Source of the DNA: an uncultured Thermoanaerobaculia bacterium
Lineage (GTDB): Bacteria > Acidobacteriota > Thermoanaerobaculia > Multivoradales > J023
NCBI GenBank assembly: GCA_964565225.1
Contig: CAZMEL010000001.1
Location: 1,424 to 65,423 of the forward strand
Direction of reading: 5' to 3'
DNA: 64,000 nucleotides
Shown here: positions 57,557 to 64,000 of the stretch, one piece after another
Layout of the letters: every line of letters starts with the position of its first letter
Position numbering within the stretch: position 1 is the first letter of the stretch
Made by a program: the position numbers and the translations under genes
The notes under the pieces: generated by a model
What the model saw: the letters and a program-made list of their open reading frames with translations, nothing else
Databases searched by the model: none
What the model was told of the DNA's origin: nothing

Positions 57557-59611
57557 ATGACTCGTCGATTGACCTGTGCCTTCATTCTGTTGGCTCTCAC
57601 CTGGTCCGTGCCGGCTCTGGCCCAGCAGGCGGCAGTGACCTTCACCGACCAGGCCGCCGAACTCCTGGACGTGCCGTTTAGCCGTGCCGCCTCGGATACC
57701 GATGCCCTTTGGACCGAGATCAAAGAAGACGATCCCTACACCGTCGAGGACATCGTCATGACTCCGGCCAAGAGCCGTGGTGCGCCGGGTGTGGCCATCT
57801 TCGACTATGACAACGACGGTGACCTGGACTTCTACGTGCCCAACGGTCCGCGTCGTAACGCCGCTCTCTACCAGAACCAACTGGCCGACACCGGTACCTT
57901 TGGCTTCGTAGACGTGGCCGTACAAGCCGGCGTCGCCGCCTTCGAGCAAGACGGCAGCGGCGTGTGCTTTGGCGATCTGGACAACGACGGGGACGACGAT
58001 CTGCTGGTGCTGGCCATGCACAGCGAGCGCATCCTCTTCGAGAATCGTGGTGACGGTACCTTTGCCGACATCACCGCCGCGTCCCAGCTCGCCGCCGGTG
58101 CGCGTTATGACTCCACCTCCTGCTCCATCGGTGACATCAACGGTGACGGCTTGCTCGACATCGCCATTGTCAACCTTTTCGACACCACCAGCTCCCTGGC
58201 CATGTTCGTGGAGCCCTTCGCGGCCAATCACCCGAACGAGCTCTTTCTCAACAAGGGCGACAACGTCTTCGAGGATGTGTCCGAATCCTCGGGCTTCCGG
58301 GATCTGGATCTGACCTTCGGCGCTCCGAAACGGGCTCCTACCATGACCTGGGCCGTGGCCCTGGTGGACGTGGACCTGGACGGGGATCTCGACATCCTCC
58401 AGGGTGACGACCAAGGCATCGTGCCCGAGGGCGTGGTGGGCGGCATCGACCGCGGCTACATCCAGCTCTTCGAGAACGACGGCACCGGCCACTTCAAGAA
58501 CTCCACCTATGAGACTCGTCTCAACAAGGTGAGCGGTTGGATGGGCTTTGCCTTCGCCGACTTCGACCACAACGGTGAGCTCGACTTCATGGCCACCAGC
58601 TTCGGCAATCACGCTCGTGCGTGGGCCCGTGGCGGCCCCTTCGATACCTTTCTCGAAGGTCGTGACAGCCGTTGGTTCCTGCGCATGAAAGACGGTACCT
58701 ACTTTGATCCGTCCTATCCGAACAACCTGAACACGCCCTTCGGTTGGGGCGTGGTGGCCATCGACTACGACAACGATACGGACACCGATCTGGTCTGGCA
58801 GGGCGGCATGGACGGTGGGCCTTTCGTCATGACCACCCCGGCCACAGTGCTCGTCAACGATGGCACCGCGAGCTTCACTCGCGATGCCGCGGCCTTCCCC
58901 CACAACGAGGACTACATCCGCCGTGCCATCAACGGTGTGGCTGCTGGTGACTTGAACGGCGACGGCTTCATGGACATGGTCGCCGCCTCGGGTTTCGATA
59001 CTCCGGAGCCGACGCCCTTGACCCCGAACTTCCAGTTGGGTGGTCCGTTCGACCAGGATGCCTACGCCGTGGCCACCTTCGATCTGATCGATCCGGTGAA
59101 TACGGTGTTCACCTGGAACGGGATGGTGTTCCCGGACGGCACCGTATCCGTGGACATGAATAGCGGCGGCAACGGCAACGGCTGGATCAAGGTGAAGACC
59201 CTCGGCACCGTGGGTGTGACCGAGGACGCGCGCACCAATCGCAATGGCATCGGCGCCGTGTTGTCGGTCACCCCCGAAGGTGCCGCCACCGCCATGAAGC
59301 CGATCGTGGGTGGTTCCAGCTACGCCTCGCAGAATGAGCTTACTGCTCACTTCGGCATGGGGCAGGCCGACGACGCAGTGGTGGAGGTGCTGTGGCCCGG
59401 TGGTGTGAAGAATCGTTTCTACGGCGAGGCCGGCGACACCGTGCTCGCCGTGGAGATTCCATGCTCTTTCGACTCGACCATGGGTCGCATGGCGTACAAC
59501 ACCTGCGTCACCGGCGCCTTGGGCGACATTTTCGCTGCCGGTCTGATCAATGGCTCCCAACGGGGCGAGCTGATCAGCGAGGCCCTGCGGGCTTACGACG
59601 AAGCCCACTGA
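57557..59611 (+). CDS. Secreted FG-GAP/VCBS-repeat protein with a C-terminal ASPIC/UnbV domain (CRTAC1-like), about 684 aa.
   Basis: Start at ATG 57557, preceded by AAGGAGAAG, with signal peptide MTRRLTCAFILLALTWSVPALAQQ. The track start at 57398 is an extension. Repeated DxDGDGxxD and FGDLDNDGDDD Ca-binding FG-GAP motifs. C-terminal WPGGVKNRFYG ASPIC-like block. Confidence 0.8.
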   Translation: MTRRLTCAFILLALTWSVPALAQQAAVTFTDQAAELLDVPFSRAASDTDALWTEIKEDDPYTVEDIVMTPAKSRGAPGVAIFDYDNDGDLDFYVPNGPRRNAALYQNQLADTGTFGFVDVAVQAGVAAFEQDGSGVCFGDLDNDGDDDLLVLAMHSERILFENRGDGTFADITAASQLAAGARYDSTSCSIGDINGDGLLDIAIVNLFDTTSSLAMFVEPFAANHPNELFLNKGDNVFEDVSESSGFRDLDLTFGAPKRAPTMTWAVALVDVDLDGDLDILQGDDQGIVPEGVVGGIDRGYIQLFENDGTGHFKNSTYETRLNKVSGWMGFAFADFDHNGELDFMATSFGNHARAWARGGPFDTFLEGRDSRWFLRMKDGTYFDPSYPNNLNTPFGWGVVAIDYDNDTDTDLVWQGGMDGGPFVMTTPATVLVNDGTASFTRDAAAFPHNEDYIRRAINGVAAGDLNGDGFMDMVAASGFDTPEPTPLTPNFQLGGPFDQDAYAVATFDLIDPVNTVFTWNGMVFPDGTVSVDMNSGGNGNGWIKVKTLGTVGVTEDARTNRNGIGAVLSVTPEGAATAMKPIVGGSSYASQNELTAHFGMGQADDAVVEVLWPGGVKNRFYGEAGDTVLAVEIPCSFDSTMGRMAYNTCVTGALGDIFAAGLINGSQRGELISEALRAYDEAH

Positions 59612-59624
59612 TCCCATCGACGGA

Positions 59625-59650
59625 GGGCCGGCTCGCCGGCCCGCCGTTTT
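59625..59650 (+). terminator. Rho-independent terminator after the FG-GAP gene: GGGCCGG-ctcg-CCGGCCC followed by GCCGTTTT.
   Basis: Perfect 7-bp GC stem with a 4-nt loop and a T-tract, 14 nt after the stop codon. Confidence 0.55.
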
Positions 59651-59732
59651 CCGAGCCCCAACGATCGTTTTCGGAAATCGAAGGTTAAGACTGGGCTTCG
59701 TTTACGAAGCCCTTACACAAAGGAATCTCGAG

Positions 59733-61769
59733 ATGAGTACCTATAAAACTTCCTTGCGGAGCGTCTTCGGCTCCGAGCGGGGAAACCTCTTCCACTGCGT
59801 CTGTCTCCTTGCCCTCGGCCTCGTCACCTTGCCGGTCTTTGCCACGCCGGTGGTGGAGACCTTGGGTCCGTCGTCGCCCCTGCGTGGCGCCAACGGCCTG
59901 GCCTTCGACGGGCAGGATCGCCTGCTGGTGGCCAGCGTCATCGGCCGCAGCATCACCATGCTCAACCGTGAGACCGGCGCGGTTCTGGACGTGATCGACG
60001 ACTCCCAGGGCGTGGAAACCCCCGACGATGTGGCCGTGGCTCCCGACGGCTCCATCTACTGGTCCGCCCTGCTGGTGGGCCGGGTGGGTCGCCTCTCCCC
60101 GGACGGCACCGTGGTGCAGCAAGAGGTGGACCACAGCCTGAATTCCATCGCCGTGTCGAGCACGGGGCGGGTCTTCGCCTCCCAGTGTGGCTTCCTCGGC
60201 GGCTCCAACATCTATGAGCTGGATCCGGCATTGCAGAATCCGCCGCGCCTGATCACCTCGGCTGTGGGTGTGGAGTGTGGTGTCAACGGCATGGCCGTGG
60301 ACTCCGAAGACCATATCTACGGCCCCCGCTTCTTCAACGATGACATTGTCCGCATCAACCCGGATACCGGTGCTTTCGACGTGGTGGCCAACGGCTTCGA
60401 CGCCCCGTCCGCCGTGCGCCTCGGAACGGACGGCATGCTCTACGTCACGGACTTCATTGTCGGCGACGTCTTTCGGGTGAATCCGGCGGATGGTACCAAG
60501 ACCCTTCTCGCCGACCTGAGCTCGGGGCTCGACAGCCTGGCCGTGGACTCCCAGAACCGGGTCTTCGTTTCCAACAACGTGACCAGCGAGATCCTCGAGG
60601 TTCTTCCCGACGGTGGCACGCGCGTGGTGTTGGCGAGTGGTTTGGCCGCTCCGGGTGGCTTGGCCCTCCGTCCCCGCGACGACGGTGGTGAGTCTCTCTA
60701 CGTGGCCGACTTCACCTCCATCGTGGAGCTGGACAAGGCCGCTGGAACCGTCCGCAGCGTGGCGGATTCTACCTTCCGTGCGGACCTCGACGATCCGGCG
60801 ACCCTCTTCTATGATGGTGAGAAATTCGTTCTCTCCGCTTGGAGCGCCAATACCGTGCAGGTGTGGGACGCGGACTCCGGTGCCGTAGAGATGACGGTTC
60901 ACGACTTCAACCTGCCCTTGAACGCCATTCGCTTCATGGGTGATTTGGTCGTGTCCGAGCTGGGAACCGGCAGTGTGGTGCGCGGAGCGGACATCGGGGG
61001 GCGCCAGACCTTGATGAGCGGCCTGGTGATTCCCACCGGCCTCGCCGCCAAGGACGGCAACCTCTACGTGGCCGACCAGTTCCAAGGCTCGGTGTGGCAG
61101 ATCGCCGAGAACGGCCAGATCATGGACCCCCCGCGCATCGTCGCTCTGAGCCTGGCCGGACCCGAGGGGTTGACCTTCGACAACGACGGCAAGCTGCTGG
61201 TGGTAGAAGCCGCCGGCGGTCGTGTGTCGCGTATCGACACCGAAACTCGTGAGATCGAGACCGTGGTGAACGGATTGAACCTCGGGGTGCAAGCCAGCAG
61301 CGAGGTGTCGGTGCCGTCGGTCTTCTTCAGCGACATCGTGGTAGACGAGAACGGTGTGATCTACGTTTCCGGCGATGTGGACAGCACCATCTATCGCATC
61401 ATCGAAGACGGCGTGCTGGAGGGCGATTGCACGCCAGGCCCGTCGACCCTGTGTTTTCAGAACGGTCGCTTCCGTATGCAGCTAGAGTGGAGGCAAGGTG
61501 CTCAGAGTGGCTTGGCCAATGTCCACGATCGCAACGACCAATCGGCAATTCTCTACTTCTTCGACGCGGAGAACTGGGAAGCCGTGGTGAAGGTGCTCGA
61601 CGGTTGTAACTTCAACGGCAACTATTGGGTCTTCAGCGCTATCGCCTCCGACCTGGAGTTGACTCTGACCGTTACCGACACGGCCACGGGTGCCGAGCGG
61701 GTCTACACCAACCCGGCAGGCAACGCCGCTGACACGATCAACGATACCGGGGCCTTTGCTTGCCAATGA
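59733..61769 (+). CDS. Secreted beta-propeller protein (SMP-30/gluconolactonase/NHL-like repeats) with a C-terminal Cys-containing beta domain, 678 aa.
   Basis: Signal peptide LFHCVCLLALGLVTLPVFA. Repeated blades with GLAFD / PDG..Y / LYVAD-type motifs throughout. Confidence 0.7.
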   Translation: MSTYKTSLRSVFGSERGNLFHCVCLLALGLVTLPVFATPVVETLGPSSPLRGANGLAFDGQDRLLVASVIGRSITMLNRETGAVLDVIDDSQGVETPDDVAVAPDGSIYWSALLVGRVGRLSPDGTVVQQEVDHSLNSIAVSSTGRVFASQCGFLGGSNIYELDPALQNPPRLITSAVGVECGVNGMAVDSEDHIYGPRFFNDDIVRINPDTGAFDVVANGFDAPSAVRLGTDGMLYVTDFIVGDVFRVNPADGTKTLLADLSSGLDSLAVDSQNRVFVSNNVTSEILEVLPDGGTRVVLASGLAAPGGLALRPRDDGGESLYVADFTSIVELDKAAGTVRSVADSTFRADLDDPATLFYDGEKFVLSAWSANTVQVWDADSGAVEMTVHDFNLPLNAIRFMGDLVVSELGTGSVVRGADIGGRQTLMSGLVIPTGLAAKDGNLYVADQFQGSVWQIAENGQIMDPPRIVALSLAGPEGLTFDNDGKLLVVEAAGGRVSRIDTETREIETVVNGLNLGVQASSEVSVPSVFFSDIVVDENGVIYVSGDVDSTIYRIIEDGVLEGDCTPGPSTLCFQNGRFRMQLEWRQGAQSGLANVHDRNDQSAILYFFDAENWEAVVKVLDGCNFNGNYWVFSAIASDLELTLTVTDTATGAERVYTNPAGNAADTINDTGAFACQ

Positions 61770-61802
61770 TCCCTGCTTGACTGGATCGGCCCGTCAGGGC
61801 CG

Positions 61803-61841
61803 AAGGCGCCCCGGTTGCACGGAGACCGGGGCGCCTTTTCC
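61803..61841 (+). terminator. Rho-independent terminator: 11-bp stem GGCGCCCCGGT / ACCGGGGCGCC, 9-nt loop, then TTTTCC.
   Basis: Verified base by base. Lies 34 nt after the stop of the beta-propeller gene. A small extra hairpin GGCCC-gtca-GGGCC sits just upstream at 61787..61799. Confidence 0.65.
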
Positions 61842-62076
61842 GGTGGAACGGAAACACCCGCTTCAGAGTAGCTGCCCCGCGGCTCGCTGATCCGGTAGGG
61901 CGCACGAAGATCCTCGATCTCGTCTTCGAGGGCCTCCACCTTCGCCACCAAGCTGTGCACCAAACGGGTGATCTCCTCCTCATCGAGATCGGGCAGTGTC
62001 TACGCCTAGCGGAGCGCCGACTCTTCCGAGCTCGAGGTCGTCATCTGACTAGCTATGGGATTGATATTCTTCGGGA

Positions 62077-63099
62077 ATGCTCATCGACTATCGAAGCGAC
62101 ACCGTCACCAAACCCACTCCCGCGATGCTGGAGCGAATGTTCCGAGCCGAGGTCGGCGACGCTATTTTTGGCGACGATCCAACGGTCCTCGAGCTCGAAC
62201 GCACCGCCGCCGATCTCTTCGGCACGCCTGGCGCTCTCTTCTGCCCTTCCGGCACGATGACCAACCAGATCGCGATCCGGGTCCATACCCGGCCCGGCGA
62301 CCAGCTGATCTGCGATCGGACCGCCCACGTCTACCTCTACGAGGGAGGCGGAGCGGCCCTGCACTCCGGGGTCACCTGCAAGTTGCTCGAGGGTGACGCC
62401 GGGCGCTTCACCTCGGGCCAGGTCGAGGCCGCCATCCAGGCCGACGATCCCCACCTTCCCTGGAGCCGGCTCGTCTGCTTCGAGAACACCAGCAACAAGG
62501 GGGGCGGCACGCTCTGGGATCTCGCCGAGATCCGGAAGATCCACGAGCTCTGCACCGCGAAGGGTCTGGCCCTCCATCTCGATGGCGCCCGCCTCTTCAA
62601 CGCCCTGGTCGCCACCGGCGAATCGCCCGCGACCTACGGGGAGATCTTCGACTCGATCTCGATCTGTCTCTCGAAAGGTCTGGGAGCACCGATCGGCTCC
62701 CTGCTGCTCGGCGACGAAGCCTTCCTCCACGCCGCCAACCGCATGCGCAAGGCCTTCGGTGGCGGCATGCGCCAGGCCGGTTACCTCGCGGCAGCCGGGC
62801 TCCATGCCCTGGAGCACCATGTCGACCGCCTCCGGGTCGATCACGACCACGCGTCCCGGCTGCGCGACGCGCTCACCGGCTCCGACCTGCCGGGCACCGC
62901 TCTACCTGGCGACACGAACCTGGTGATGTTCGATTTCGAGACTCCGGAGGCCCTCCAGGGCTTCATCGAAACGTTGCGGCTCCACGGCATCCTCGCGGCC
63001 CCGATGGGAGCCACCCTTCTTCGCCTGGTGACACACCTCGACATCTCCGAGGAGATGGTGGAGCGGACGATCGAGGTGATCGAGAGAGTGGCAACCTGA
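62077..63099 (+). CDS. ltaE: Low-specificity L-threonine aldolase (PLP-dependent), 340 aa.
   Basis: Colinear with E. coli LtaE: DLRSDTVT/DYRSDTVTKPTPAML, GDDVYGDDPTV, SLENT/CFENTSNKGGG, HLDGARLFNA, ICLSKGLGAPIGS (PLP-Lys), GGGMRQAG, LVTHLDIS. Confidence 0.85.
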   Translation: MLIDYRSDTVTKPTPAMLERMFRAEVGDAIFGDDPTVLELERTAADLFGTPGALFCPSGTMTNQIAIRVHTRPGDQLICDRTAHVYLYEGGGAALHSGVTCKLLEGDAGRFTSGQVEAAIQADDPHLPWSRLVCFENTSNKGGGTLWDLAEIRKIHELCTAKGLALHLDGARLFNALVATGESPATYGEIFDSISICLSKGLGAPIGSLLLGDEAFLHAANRMRKAFGGGMRQAGYLAAAGLHALEHHVDRLRVDHDHASRLRDALTGSDLPGTALPGDTNLVMFDFETPEALQGFIETLRLHGILAAPMGATLLRLVTHLDISEEMVERTIEVIERVAT

Positions 63100-63163
63100 T
63101 CGCGTCGCACGTCCTGCTCTGCAACGAGAATCGAGGGGGAAGAAGGGGCAGGTATTGCCGGCC

Positions 63164-64000
63164 TCAGCTACCGAGCAATTCCCCGAGAGGCGCCAGGGTC
63201 TCGATGCGATCGAAGGCGATCTTCAACGACATCAGGATCGGTACCGCCAGCAGGGCGCCGGCGATTCCCCAGAGCCAGCCCCAGAAGAAGAGGCCGAGAA
63301 AAACCGCCACCGGATTGAGGGACAGCCGTTTTCCCAGGATCATCGGAGTGATCACTCCGCCCTCGATCACGGTGAGAAAGAGATAGACCGCGGGCGGAGC
63401 CAGCTCTTGCAGGGGCTGGTCGAAAGCCAACAAAGAGACCCCGGTGAGAATGGTCACTCCGACCAGGGCCCCGAGGTAGGGCACGAAGTTGAGAACCGCG
63501 GCCATGACGCCCCAGAGGATGGGGTTGGGCATTCCCAGGAGATAGAGCGCCCCGCCCACCGCAAGGCCCAGACCGCAGTTGATGGCGCTCACGGTCAACA
63601 GGTGCACAGAGATGTCACGCTCGATATGGCGGGTAATCGCCACCACTCTCTTGCGGTCCGAGAGGTTGGGCAACATCCGGACCAGCTTGCGCAGCAGAAG
63701 ATCGTCGGCGGCGAGGAGAAAGAAGAGCAGAATGGTCATGGTGGCCGCTCCGGCGATGAAGCGTTGGCTACCGGAGAGAAAGGCCGAGACCGCCGACTCC
63801 TGGCGTACCTCGACCGGGTCCGGCGTCGATTCGCCGATCCGGGTCAGCTCCCCGACCTGCTCCGCCGCCCGTTCCATCTGCTCGACCGGCTCGCGGAACC
63901 GGCGCAGCTCTCGCTCGATTCGCGGTACGTTGCTCGGAGCCTCGGCGATCAGGTTTCGGGCGGGCTCGGCAATAGCGAAGAGAACGCCGATCAAACATCC
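63164..64000 (-). CDS. AI-2E family (PerM/YhhT-like) membrane transporter. The N-terminus probably lies beyond the window end.
   Basis: Multi-TM protein with the AI-2E pattern GLFFWGWLWGIAGALLAVPIL...KIAFD and the C-terminal soluble helix. Family members are about 350 aa, but only 276 aa are inside the window. Confidence 0.7.
   Translation of the reverse strand, partial: GCLIGVLFAIAEPARNLIAEAPSNVPRIERELRRFREPVEQMERAAEQVGELTRIGESTPDPVEVRQESAVSAFLSGSQRFIAGAATMTILLFFLLAADDLLLRKLVRMLPNLSDRKRVVAITRHIERDISVHLLTVSAINCGLGLAVGGALYLLGMPNPILWGVMAAVLNFVPYLGALVGVTILTGVSLLAFDQPLQELAPPAVYLFLTVIEGGVITPMILGKRLSLNPVAVFLGLFFWGWLWGIAGALLAVPILMSLKIAFDRIETLAPLGELLGS

Noticed and set aside
1-64000. Search for CRISPR arrays, tRNA/rRNA genes, IS elements, integrases and prophage capsid/terminase genes
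   Set aside because: No spaced direct-repeat arrays were seen, nor tRNA-like cloverleaf regions in the few AT-rich gaps, nor transposase/integrase-like translations. The sheath and tube genes are accompanied by DUF4255 rather than capsid genes, so an eCIS is favoured over a prophage.

Overview
Visibly GC-rich bacterial segment (about two-thirds G+C by eye). Codon bias is strongly GC3-rich, and many spurious antisense ORFs result from it. Left to right:

(1) Minus strand, 1..4080: the 5' part of an extracellular contractile injection system (eCIS, phage-tail-like) operon. Gene order is sheath, tube, a 246-aa CxxC protein, a Pro/Ser/Glu/Arg-rich low-complexity protein, then a DUF4255 (Afp16/Pvc16-like) gene cut off at the window edge. 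The DUF4255 gene is absent from the supplied ORF track.

(2) A divergent AT-rich control region (4081..4560) containing a perfect 19-bp palindrome next to a TTGACA box.

(3) An FbpABC-type Fe(III) ABC importer (4496..8414), translationally coupled by GTGA overlaps.

(4) A convergent OmpR-family two-component pair (8411..10488, minus strand).

(5) A four-gene putative lipid/hydrophobic-product export operon (10653..16078): MMPL/RND-superfamily inner-membrane transporter, class I SAM methyltransferase, LolA-like periplasmic carrier and an outer-membrane beta-barrel. The first three genes are linked by 4-nt start/stop overlaps.

(6) A ~40-kb hybrid trans-acting-free (cis-AT) PKS/NRPS assembly line (16286..56051), which is the most notable element. 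It has three fully reducing PKS modules with a myxobacterial-style ACP-KS-AT-AT loading/first module, then TubC-dock-Cy-A(Ox)-PCP, KS-AT-ACP, Cy-A-PCP, a free-standing Cy domain, Cy-A-PCP, a free-standing thioester reductase and a type II thioesterase. An acyl-CoA dehydrogenase follows. The predicted product is a saturated fatty-acyl thiazole / beta-keto / bis-thiazoline chain released reductively as an aldehyde (lipo-polythiazoline aldehyde). This appears not to match a characterised pathway exactly.

(7) Two secreted proteins (FG-GAP/ASPIC-like; beta-propeller), with rho-independent terminators.

(8) L-threonine aldolase and a partial AI-2E family transporter.

No rRNA, tRNA, CRISPR array or transposase/integrase was recognised.
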